NCBI GenBank assembly: GCA_905178155.1
Contig: CAJINV010000009.1
Location: 124,001-188,000 of the forward strand
Reading direction: 5' to 3'
DNA from: Amoebophrya sp. A120
Lineage: Eukaryota > Protista > Dinoflagellata
Length of the DNA: 64,000 bases
The translations under genes and the position numbers were made by a program. Below, in pieces: positions 1 to 10,287 of this stretch. The first letter of the stretch is position 1. Every line of letters begins with the position of its first letter. The notes beneath the pieces are model-generated. The model was not told where the DNA came from. It saw only the letters and a program-made list of their open reading frames with translations, and did not search any database.

Positions 1-228
1 CCCTCCGCCCTTTTCCCTCGTTATCCTATTCCGCGAGTGACCATGGACGCAAACTGTACTATAGCCACAACCTGCAACCCCTTCATCTTCCCTTGTCGAT
101 GACCTCGATCATTGAGTAACAGGACATAAGACAGACCAACATGATGCCCCTGCCTTTTTGATTCACAAAAAAGTTCGCAACTTGTTCATTCGTGATAAGC
201 CAATCCCATACAACATAGGCAACGAACA

Positions 229-2730
229 ATGGCGCTTCATTTTGAAACTCGCGGCCGCTGCGAGCACAATACCTGTGGTCGCCCCCTATTGTCCGCGAAG
301 ATTATATCGACCGTAGCTCTTTTCGGTCTGAAGCTCCAGCTAGCAGGGCTTGTGTTACATGACGAGGATAGCCTGGTGAAAGCGTTTCTTTTCGTGAAGA
401 AGAATCAGGAGACAAAAAACAAAAAGCATCTGATCGATGTGGACAACAATAATAAAAAGGCTTCTACTCTTGTTCTTGAAGGAGACGGGACAGAGACCAC
501 GCAGAGCCAGCTACTCGACGAGGCACCTAAAAAAGTGCTTGCAACAAATGCGGATAATTCAAAGGAGACGGCCGAGGACGCGCGGCATTATGGGGCGCCA
601 ACGGAACTGGAAAAGCAAACAGAAAGTTGGGTCGTGCTGAGTCAGAACGGCACTCCAAAAGAACAAGAAGGAGGCGGTGGGGAAGGGACTGCTGCGACCA
701 GACCAGATTCCACCGGAGGACCAGGACATGCAGTTCCGCCTCCTGTGGATAACCCGCCGTACATGAGGTCGCTTTATTCCCCGGCTGCAGCTCCCCTCGA
801 CAGTCCTGGACTGAATACCCCACTGATCGTTGCGGGGTCCATCGGGCTCTTCATTGCGGCGGCCATCCTTGGTGCGGTGGCGTATTGGTTTTGCTTCGTC
901 AGGGAGAGCGCATCTAACAAGAGCGATGTCGGGGGCCAGAAGAGTAGATCGGGCGAAGGCAAAAGCAAAACAGGCAAAGATGCGAACACGAAGTACTACT
1001 CCAACGAGCCAGCGTCCGCCGCACTGCAACGGCTGAACGTCGCGAGCGGCGGGGATGCTCAGGGTGTAGACGGCTCACAACAGTTTTTGCTTGCGCAAGA
1101 AGACCGAAAACTCGGCGAGACAGGTACAACCTGGACGAGCAACTTTGTTATACAACAACAGCAGCAAATGGGGCAAAATCCTCTTCAAAACGGAGGTACA
1201 ACAATGCCCGGCGAGGGAATGAAAATCAGTGCGCAGGCGGCACCTTTGTCTCCTCTGGATCCCTCGGAAGCCGCCTCCGCCACCACCGGGAACACGAGTC
1301 GGTCCACCAATGCGGCCTTCAAGTCGCAGTCGATGGGGGCCGCAGACTTGATGAATGCGTCCGCCACCACGGGCGGCGAGACGAACGCTTCGCTGACAAA
1401 CGTGAACCAGTCGATTGGAAGCCACCTGCTCGGCTACGGCGCCGCAGCCGCGAGAGCTACGGGCGGGGACGCTGGTGGACCGCCGAGCTCCAAAAAGTAT
1501 TATGGCTCCAACATCGGTAATATGAACAATATCACACCATCTGGGCTATCCAACCTCGGCATCACACCATCGGGGTTCATCGCACCATCGGGGATATCGG
1601 GCAGCCTCAACTTGATCGCGGCCGCCCCGGAGCCAAACGACAAGAGCAACCTGGTTCGCGGAAGATCGAAGGGAGAGCTAGACAAGTCGGAGAAGAAGAA
1701 ATCGAAAGTAACTCCTTGAAAAAAGCACTCGTTCCCGTGTCTTTTGTGCGCGCCGTTGTGAAAAGTATTTATTTTGAAAGATTTGCTTTTGCATTTGCTT
1801 AGATGGCAGTGGCACATTGTGGTGTTCATCGTGGAAATTAAAAGTCACGTCTCGTCCTCACATTTGTGGGGTGTGTTGGGTAGATGTCCAGCTGGAGAAA
1901 AATCTAGTTGAAGTTAGAAACTTCTTCTATCGGAAGTACGCGACGAGAACAACTCTGCATGATGATGAAGACAACGATGAACACGACAGCACATAGCATG
2001 GTTAGTACGAGTGCAGTATGCGCTTTGATAAAACGCGTTTACCCCGGAGACGCGACGCGAGGTAGCTGAGATTGAACCCGGGTTCCAGAAAAAGCAAAAG
2101 GACAGCTCTCGTAAGACGGACAACGACCGGAAGACGGACCCGGACGGGGACAAGAAGGACCGGAAGACGGACCGGGACGGGGACAAGAAGGACCGGAAGA
2201 CGGACCGGGAAGGCGACAAGAAGGACCGGAAGACAGACCGGGACGGGGACAAGAAGGACCGGAAGACAGACCGGGACGGGGACAAGAAGGACCGGAAGAC
2301 GGACCGGGAAGGCGACAAGAAGGACCGGAAGACGGACCGGGAGAAGGAGAAAGAACGAAAGGCTTCGAAGGAGCGGTCCCGGTCGCGCGGGGCCGCGGAG
2401 CTGGAGAAAAAGGGCATCCTCAAGAGCGCAGCGAACGATTTTCTCACGCTAAAGAGTGCCACGTCGTCCTTCACGACTCGCCGGGATCGGGAAGGGCGGT
2501 CCAAGGAGAAGGAGACGAAGGGAGAGGTCAGTAGGAAGGAAACGAAGGAGAAGAAGGAACTGAGTAGGAAGGACACTGGTGAGAAAGAGACGAGGGACAA
2601 GAAGAAGAGTAGAATTGACTACCCGCTCAACGCGGCGGAAATCGCCAAACTCAACAGGATGGCCACGGACGAGGAGGAGCATATGAGAGGCACGGACCAG
2701 CCCGGTTTCGACGAAAGCATCGCTTATTAG
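229..2730 (+). CDS. Single-pass membrane protein of unknown function with a low-complexity tail; probably two exons (229-1707 and ~2089-2730), the second encoding DRKTDRDGDKK repeats
   Basis: 496-aa ORF with an N-terminal hydrophobic stretch and a TM helix (LIVAGSIGLFIAAAILGAVAYWFCFV). A stop-free frame 2032-2730, with no ATG upstream of the repeat, joins in phase 0 via GT at 1708 and CAG ending at 2088. The splice join is inferred. Confidence 0.6.
2125..2342 (+). repeat. 33-bp coding tandem repeat, about 6.5 copies (GACCGGAAGACGGACCGGGACGGGGACAAGAAG)
   Basis: Units visible at 2125, 2158, 2191, 2224, 2257, 2290 and a partial one at 2323. Confidence 0.95.
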
Positions 2731-3752
2731 TGGATGATTGAACACCAGTTGCACCATATAAATGCATTTGATTCCTCATCATTATGCTACTTTTTACTTT
2801 AGCTAACCGCTAAAGCCTAAGACGCACTTGAGAACCATAAACCCATTCATTTACGATTTTTTTATGCTGCCCCCCTGTTTTTTTTAAAAAAATTGAGTAT
2901 ACCCGCTTGCTCTGACGGTGACCACGTTGAGACGCTTTAGGCTTCTAGCATTCGAAAGACGATCATGACCCTAGAAGTTCTTATGCGATTCATCGAGAAG
3001 AGAGAGCATTTCCCCCAGTCATGAGTAAAATCATACGAACAAAGTTTTTGAAGAGTACTCTTACCCGACCCATAATTTTCGTTTTGAGTGCGGGCCGCAG
3101 TGAAGCACAAAAGGCTGCAAATTCCGCTTAATTTGCATGCGCTGTTCGTGCATCTTGGCAAATGGAAACAAATGCGGGCATGGCGGGGAATCGTCCTATT
3201 CTCCCGCATTCGGAGGGCCCAGGAATCATAGGCCAGCCACACCAGGTGATGAATCGTTTCGTCTTGTATACTCAAACTTCCCTTTGGGATTTTGCCTTTC
3301 AATGCATACGAGTTGTCGTCATCCATTGGAAGAAAGCCCGTGCCGCTACTAATTTCGTCGTTCACACACTGCTCTGCATCCAGTTTCGTTTTTGTTTTCG
3401 TCCTATGTCGTGCAATCGCAAGTTGACAATTTTTTGATCGTTGTCCCGTGTCGCTTCAACGGATGGATTCAATGGAATGCTGCAATAATAAACTGAGGTA
3501 CAGCAGGTGCTAACCCGAAGTATATACAGCCTCTGCTTCTATTTTTCCCCGTAGGCTTTACGTTCATTTCTATGTTTTCATTCTACCTTTTCCGCCTTTT
3601 TGGCCGTCTCCGTAAGTAGTAGTTGATTGTTGCGTTTACTTTGTCCTGTCCGTCGTTTGTCGTTTGTCTTTTCTGCACGACCAACAGAGCTATGTTGACA
3701 TGAAAAGACAAGAAGAGAAGTTTCTCTAGATCTGTCTGCGTCTAGATTCGTG

Positions 3753-6050
3753 ATGAATGCGTTCAAGTTGTGCACGTGGGTAGGGCGGGTCGCCTTCTTG
3801 TTCTGGAGCAGTACGATTTGGTCGTCCAGAATCGGAGAGACGCAGGACAACGAACAATACCAGGACCATGCCCACAGGACGCAAACGAGCCCGGGGACAT
3901 CAAGCGGACCGCACCACCCGCACGACCGAGTGCGACTGACTGCCGCTTGGCCGAACTCCGTTCAGAAGATGCCATCTTCACCGGTAATCACAGGTGCGTT
4001 CGCGATGGTAGTCACGACAAACACACCATCCTCGTCTCTGCGACAAGTGGAAGCAAAGCGCACCGGCAGATCCACTCGGTCGCGACCTTTCTCATTTCTA
4101 GCTTCGCGAAAAAGTACGAGGAGGCAGTCACGCCCACCGCGGAGTCGGGAACTAGAGTCCGTGCGAGAAAAAAGTAAAGATCGCTTCCACAGCATTCGCG
4201 GCCCAGAAAAGAAACCTCTTTTGGGCCTGAGGAGGGGACTGGAGCCCCCCTTGACGGAAGTAGACATCGGAAGAACAAGTAGCAGCCACAGAAGCGATGA
4301 TGATATGATTGAACTGCAGCTGCAAAAGGCCCCCTCGTTTGTCTCACTGTCTTCATCCGGTGGCGCAAATACGAATGCAGCCTGCAGTATTCATCCAAAC
4401 TGTGTGAGTGCCGGCTTCACCGAGGGTAACTGTTGCCCAACCGACGGCGCAAACGGGATGGAACTGAAATGTTGCAGCGTGGAACTTCTCGTTGGCGACC
4501 CCGACGTGCTGTGCAGTGCGCACCCAAAGTGCGCAGGCCTTAGGGGGAGGTGCTGCCCCACCGAAGAAGGTGTGCGACTCGGCTGCTGCGGGCCCAAGAC
4601 GGAAGTTAGTGCAAACGTTGGGGTGAAATTACCTACACCTATTGTTGCACTTTTTCCCGGACAAGTAATCGACACTGTTCCTGCTGTAAAAGTTGGTGCT
4701 CCCGAAGAGTTATCTCCATCACTCTCGCCCACCACCGCATGGTGGGCTTGGCTGAGCAAGCTAGACGACACGAGCCCCTCCACTGCTGGTGGTTGCGCGT
4801 GCAGCAACGGCTATGTTGACACGGCTGGTGGCAGGTGTTCCTTTGAGGGGCAGCAGCACTGCTCGAGCTGCGTGCCCGGTTTTGCGCCGCGCGCCGACTG
4901 GCCGCAGCGCGGGGAGCGAGGGTGCCACCCTATTTGCGGCGAGTGTCCCGACGACCGGGTGGACCAAGAGGCTGGGGCTGTTGTAGTGAAGAAGTATTTG
5001 CAGCTGCACGGTCCAGCGGAGTTTTGTCCGAATATATTGCCCGCCGACATGAGCGACCTCGTCTTGTCCGCCGGGGTAAAAAGAAGAGAGGACGTGAGGA
5101 CTCTGTGCGCGCGGGTCTGTTGCGAGGAGAACCAGCACACTAGAGACAGCACGCTAGAGACAGCGCGAGCTTTGAAAAGTAGTAGTGACGAGGTGGTTTA
5201 CAACGAGAACCACCAGGAGGATCAAAATGGGAACGGGGAAGCAAATAATAAGCACGGACAAGAAGAGGAGGAACAGCAACTAGGCGGGGGCCGCCATGCA
5301 GACGAGAGCCCCCCAAACAAAGGCGATGTCGATCAGAGTTGTAGTAGTACGTGCATCGGACTGGTGCTGGGCGTATCGCTCGCGATAGTTGTGTTTCTCG
5401 CGGTGGGCGTCATTGTGTACAACGCGTCTGTGAGCAACGAGGAAGTGCATCCACACGTAAGATCTGCGTCCAGCGGGCCCGTAGGATCCTCACAAAAAGC
5501 CGCAGCAGTTGTCAGCGCAGCGTCCTCGTTTACGAAGCTTCCTGATCACGAGGAGGATAAAAAGAAGCATCATCGCGCCTCTTGGGGCCGCGGTAGCAAC
5601 ACGGCGGAGGAGAGACTCGTGCAGGAGGGTAGCGCCGCAAAACCGCCAAGCACCGAGCGGCCGTCAAATAAAGACCGGATTGGCAGCTCTGTGATCTTGG
5701 ATGGACGCGATAACGCACAGCATTCGATCGGCGGGACCGGGACCGACGACGAAGCAGTCCCGGGCAGCATAAAATTTTTCGGATTTGGTTCGCAATCGGG
5801 CGCTTGCCTGCAACAAGCGAGCATAGGAGGGGTAGCTGCGAAACGCGACAATCAATCATCTTCTGCTGCAGAGCCGCCTCAAGAAACTCCGCAGCGCGAC
5901 AGACAGTCTGCCGCGGAGGAGGCACCTGCTCAAGAAACTCCGAAGCGCGAAAGTCAATCTGCCGCCGACCCGCCACAAGAAACTCCTAAGCGCGACAGTC
6001 ACGACGCTGCTGCAGAGGACTCGGAAGATCTTGAGACCTTGACAGAGTAG
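3753..6050 (+). CDS. Type I membrane or surface protein with Cys-rich repeats and an EGF-like segment
   Basis: ~765-aa ORF with an N-terminal hydrophobic segment, two C-S-x-H-P-x-C...CCPT...CC repeats, CACSNGY...CSSCVPGF, a TM helix (IGLVLGVSLAIVVFLAVGVIVY) and three C-terminal QETP(Q/K)R repeats. Confidence 0.8.
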   Translation: MNAFKLCTWVGRVAFLFWSSTIWSSRIGETQDNEQYQDHAHRTQTSPGTSSGPHHPHDRVRLTAAWPNSVQKMPSSPVITGAFAMVVTTNTPSSSLRQVEAKRTGRSTRSRPFSFLASRKSTRRQSRPPRSRELESVREKSKDRFHSIRGPEKKPLLGLRRGLEPPLTEVDIGRTSSSHRSDDDMIELQLQKAPSFVSLSSSGGANTNAACSIHPNCVSAGFTEGNCCPTDGANGMELKCCSVELLVGDPDVLCSAHPKCAGLRGRCCPTEEGVRLGCCGPKTEVSANVGVKLPTPIVALFPGQVIDTVPAVKVGAPEELSPSLSPTTAWWAWLSKLDDTSPSTAGGCACSNGYVDTAGGRCSFEGQQHCSSCVPGFAPRADWPQRGERGCHPICGECPDDRVDQEAGAVVVKKYLQLHGPAEFCPNILPADMSDLVLSAGVKRREDVRTLCARVCCEENQHTRDSTLETARALKSSSDEVVYNENHQEDQNGNGEANNKHGQEEEEQQLGGGRHADESPPNKGDVDQSCSSTCIGLVLGVSLAIVVFLAVGVIVYNASVSNEEVHPHVRSASSGPVGSSQKAAAVVSAASSFTKLPDHEEDKKKHHRASWGRGSNTAEERLVQEGSAAKPPSTERPSNKDRIGSSVILDGRDNAQHSIGGTGTDDEAVPGSIKFFGFGSQSGACLQQASIGGVAAKRDNQSSSAAEPPQETPQRDRQSAAEEAPAQETPKRESQSAADPPQETPKRDSHDAAAEDSEDLETLTE

Positions 6051-6941
6051 GAGGGTCGACAGCTTATTCACATTGAAGGGGTCTTTACGTTTTTTATCAG
6101 GACTGCTCGTCTTCATCGATCTCAGAGCTCCAGACAGATCAACCCCAGAAAGTCTATACTTTGGCCTTGTCCGCGTTTCCGGCTCCCAATGGAAATAAAA
6201 TGTATAATCAGTTCGTCACGATGGAATGATGATCATGATGACGTAGAATGTGAATTGGTATTTGCATGACTACATCTCGAGCGCGATATGCCGTCAATTA
6301 GTTCGACATACTGCTGAGTCTGGATCAAGACCCCAGATTTTCTGAATGCACTGAAATTGGTTTGTTTTCCTTCTTGCTGATCGTTAAAAAACAGTTGGGG
6401 CTGTTTGTCGGTTGTACACGATTTCCGTTTCGTGCACTTCGATTGCCTGTCTTTACGTTCGTGCGCTTGGCTTCGTGTTGCCTCGTTGTCGTGCAAACCC
6501 ACATCACCCAATACATGCACTCAATTATTCTCGTTTCAGTTCTTGCTTCTGCAGACTGTGGTCCTCTCGTCGGACTCGTGCGATCAAGATCGTTCACGTT
6601 GTACAATCTCTGTAGGTCGCAGCTTCGAGTTTCTTTGACCACGCATCGGGACTCGTTGATGCGTTGTGCTGTCTCCCAAGAAGTCCTCTACCACCCAGTG
6701 CCAAGGCTGCCGGTTCGTACGACTTGCCACTTGAATTTTATTTTCTCCCCGCGGCTCTTCTCAGTGATTTACTATTACTTCCTCCTCTGAAAATTAGTTG
6801 CTCCCCCCTGCCGATGTGCTATCGTACGTAGATTGGTAATATCTTAGTACAACTGTAGACCACCTGGCTGCGCGATTATTTTTCTTCGAAATACCCTACT
6901 TCTAGCTACCTCCCTTGTTTGTTTCTGCTTTATTTTTGAGC

Positions 6942-9461
6942 ATGACTAGCACTAGACATAGCTCCTCAATCGCATTCCAGCCTCGTGCGGTTTCGTTTCT
7001 GGGGCTCATTTGCTTTTCGTTGTTCGCCGATGAAATTTTTCGCCGAGGCGCTTTCTTGTCTGGGCAACGGCTTTGTCTGGGTGCGTTGGGTCTTCAGTTG
7101 TACAAGCCCGTTCGGCGCCGAGGAGATGCTGCAACTTCGGGCGGGAAGTTGGTGGAAAGAGCAGAGCCTCCGCAGCACGGGTCAAAACCGAGATCAATAG
7201 GGAACTACGGCGTAGCTGTTACAGAGGACAGACCAGCCGGTGGGACGGAACAAACTAGCAACAGAATAGTACGAGGGGGCGAGCAAGAAAGTGGTGAAAA
7301 CGTTGTCGCACCTTGGCCCGCCAAAAGGAAGCTGATTGGTATAAAAACTACTCTTCGATCTCGAGTAGTCCGAGCGACGTCTTACCTGTCCCCGCACGAG
7401 GACCACGGAGCCAGCGGAACTACGCCGAGCGATGTTGAATCCAAATTGCCATATGCTAGGACACGCAACACTAGCAAGGATCAGGAAGCAACAAAGATAA
7501 TAAACAGAGGTTCCCGAGGTATCTTTATCGCTCAGGCTGAAGGTGGAAAAGGAACGGCAGGAGCGTCCTCAGCATCTGCTTCTGTATCAAGAGAAGATAT
7601 TAATCGTCCTGTCGCTGCGGCAGACGAATATCCCCATCCAGATCCGCGTCGATCACAAGATAATTTATCGGAGAACACCAGCGCCAGTCAGACAGTTGAG
7701 AACCCGAAAGGGACGCTCGATGGCGTTGAAGGGACGACGACCGCTGGCCTCCCAATCTCTGGAGGGACAGATGAAGGGACATTCGTGCAGCAGAGTCACA
7801 CAACAAAACCACAGGCAGGATCGCGCGGCGCTGCAATATTACCAGCCTCAGCAGCACAGCTTCCATCTGCGGGAGGTCACGCTGCCCGCGGCACTTCAGA
7901 CAACGTAGAAAAGAACGACGTGACACCTTTTGGTCCTGGTGAAGATGTCCTTAAGTCGGAAGCAGCACACAACAAGCCGAAAAATTGGAAGGAGCATGAG
8001 CACAAGGCTACTCGCACTAGTTTGGTGCAGCAGACGGCAGCACAGTTTTCAACGCCTGGAGTTGTTTCAGGAACACTGCCATCGTCGCAAGTAGGGGCGA
8101 GTATTAGTAGTGGCAAGACCGTTCAGGTGGAGCAGTATAAGAACGCAAGAACGGGCACTGCGACCACGAACAACAGTGGTTCACCGAAAGATATTCCTCG
8201 GCAACAAGGCTGGTATGAATCTTGGTGGGGCATATCGCTGCTGGTACTAGGCGGGGTGATTCTTCTTGGAACCTGTGTCCACGCCATGAGGCACACACTT
8301 TCTGCGGCTCGGAGCTCGGAGTATGGGAGCGGCGCGATCGTAGTGAGCGAATCCTCCTCTGCGTTTGCCGGGATGGACAGCAACTACCTAGAAGTGGTTG
8401 ACACGACGTCGGTTCCAGGAGGTCAGTCTGGGAACGACGACAGCCAACGGGGGCGACCGCGGACCTCGTCCAAAAAACGGAGCGTGAAGAGGAAGAGCGG
8501 TAGGAAGCTTTCGAAGGGCAGCGCGATGATCATCCCTCGGGGACAAAGTTCACTTACGAGGGAGCAGACATCCAGAAATATGACAGCAGACACACCGCAG
8601 ATGGTGCTATCTGGTAGCCGCGGACCGACAGCATCAACACTGTCCTCGACTCCTGGTGGCTCTTTGGCATTAGATGGACCCGGAAATAGATTTACGAGTA
8701 ATCGCGAAAGTAACATAGTCGAAAGTGCGGTGCTGGTCGACAAGCCATGGGCAACGGCGCAATCAGCTGTGCCGGCACTAAAGTTCAAAGCCAGGTTGAA
8801 GGGGACAGGCGCCGGCTCTTACGGAACTGAGACTTCATCTCCGACATTCGCGAATAAACCAGCACGGAGACGAGGCGCTGGAGAAAGCTCGGATGGTGTG
8901 GTTGCGGTCTCTGATGCTGATACAAGTGGTTCGAGAACTACCGATGAGGACGAGCAAACACCGAGACAAACTCCCAGGGAGGACCTGACAGGAAACAAAG
9001 GTGCGTCGTCTCCTCCAGCAGCATTGACGCCGGCGCGGACAGTTGATGCGCAAGTGTCGATCAGTCACCAGTCGGCGGGTGCAGCTCCGGCTTTCAAAAG
9101 CGATATCATGCAAACGAGAGGAAGGCAGCCTTTGCAAGGTACCGGCGTCGTACCCAATTTTCTCTTGCGGCAACAAGGTTCTGGATCTTCCAGGGGTCGA
9201 TCAAGCTTGCAGAACAGAAAAATGCGGCGGACTGCATCACGGGAGTTACTGCGCACGAGCGGCATGGATAGAATTAGCGCAGCAAGGAACGCGTCTTCGG
9301 GCCGTGACGGTGTGCCTGCGTTGGTTCCACGTGTGCGCGGGCCGAAGAATCTAGCGCGAACAGGGACTCAGGTGACAACCGCAACAGCCTTGAGCGTGAT
9401 TGCACAGGAATCCGCTCCGCAGCAGGAGCAGGAGCCGGCGGGTATTAACCAGGCTTCATAG
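6942..9461 (+). CDS. Low-complexity Ser/Thr/Gly-rich single-pass membrane protein of unknown function
   Basis: Long ORF (first ATG at 6942) with an N-terminal hydrophobic region and a TM helix (WWGISLLVLGGVILLGTCVHAM). Confidence 0.75.
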   Translation: MTSTRHSSSIAFQPRAVSFLGLICFSLFADEIFRRGAFLSGQRLCLGALGLQLYKPVRRRGDAATSGGKLVERAEPPQHGSKPRSIGNYGVAVTEDRPAGGTEQTSNRIVRGGEQESGENVVAPWPAKRKLIGIKTTLRSRVVRATSYLSPHEDHGASGTTPSDVESKLPYARTRNTSKDQEATKIINRGSRGIFIAQAEGGKGTAGASSASASVSREDINRPVAAADEYPHPDPRRSQDNLSENTSASQTVENPKGTLDGVEGTTTAGLPISGGTDEGTFVQQSHTTKPQAGSRGAAILPASAAQLPSAGGHAARGTSDNVEKNDVTPFGPGEDVLKSEAAHNKPKNWKEHEHKATRTSLVQQTAAQFSTPGVVSGTLPSSQVGASISSGKTVQVEQYKNARTGTATTNNSGSPKDIPRQQGWYESWWGISLLVLGGVILLGTCVHAMRHTLSAARSSEYGSGAIVVSESSSAFAGMDSNYLEVVDTTSVPGGQSGNDDSQRGRPRTSSKKRSVKRKSGRKLSKGSAMIIPRGQSSLTREQTSRNMTADTPQMVLSGSRGPTASTLSSTPGGSLALDGPGNRFTSNRESNIVESAVLVDKPWATAQSAVPALKFKARLKGTGAGSYGTETSSPTFANKPARRRGAGESSDGVVAVSDADTSGSRTTDEDEQTPRQTPREDLTGNKGASSPPAALTPARTVDAQVSISHQSAGAAPAFKSDIMQTRGRQPLQGTGVVPNFLLRQQGSGSSRGRSSLQNRKMRRTASRELLRTSGMDRISAARNASSGRDGVPALVPRVRGPKNLARTGTQVTTATALSVIAQESAPQQEQEPAGINQAS

Positions 9462-10287
9462 AATCGGGAGCCTACAACGCGCAAGCACTCGAAGGGGGAG
9501 GCTCCAGATCTGGACCTGGGGTAACCAAGACCCGTCCAATAATGTCGAGGAAACAGATACAGGACAATGAGCTTTGCGAACATGAATAAATTTACTTATT
9601 TCACTCGTAGGCGCTGCTGTACGAGTACGCATAATAAAGCAGTTGTGATCGATCCCGGGTCAAGTAATACCCTATGAAAGCGTATGGAACATCTTCTTGT
9701 AGCGATCAGAAGTCGCGAGAAGATGGCGTGTGTTTTTTCTAGAACTGCTCGTTGCTCTTGTTTCAGCTAGCGGTCTAGGTTTTTTTGAGAGCTGTAGCAC
9801 GGAACTAGTCCGCCGCGGTTTATTGCCTCATGTTTTGGTCGGAAATGAAGGAACCGACACGATGAAGCAGACTTTTGTATATATCGTCGTGCAGATAGTC
9901 ATAGTTGACTTTGTCGTGCAGGTCCTGGTGAATCGTGAAGATTTCGTACTACAAAGAAGGTGTGTCCAACCTGCGTGCACTCTGAACTCAATCGTCCCTG
10001 TCTTCTTCTTTCGTACCACTTCACCGCGATTCGTGATGTGTCGTCTTTTACGTCGAGCCAACTTGAAATTTATTTGAATCCGGCAATTTTTCAGGTCCTC
10101 TCGTAGCGCGTTGTTGTAATGATTAATCATCATGTTGACATGTCTTTGCTTCATTTGCCAAGGAAGACCGTTATCATGGAGGGAGTATTTTTTTAGAAGA
10201 TAGATACATATAAGAAGTCAACATAAACCAACCACATTAGCGTCTCTCCTCGACCCACCACGGCGTCAACTATTTGACGAGCCTGCC

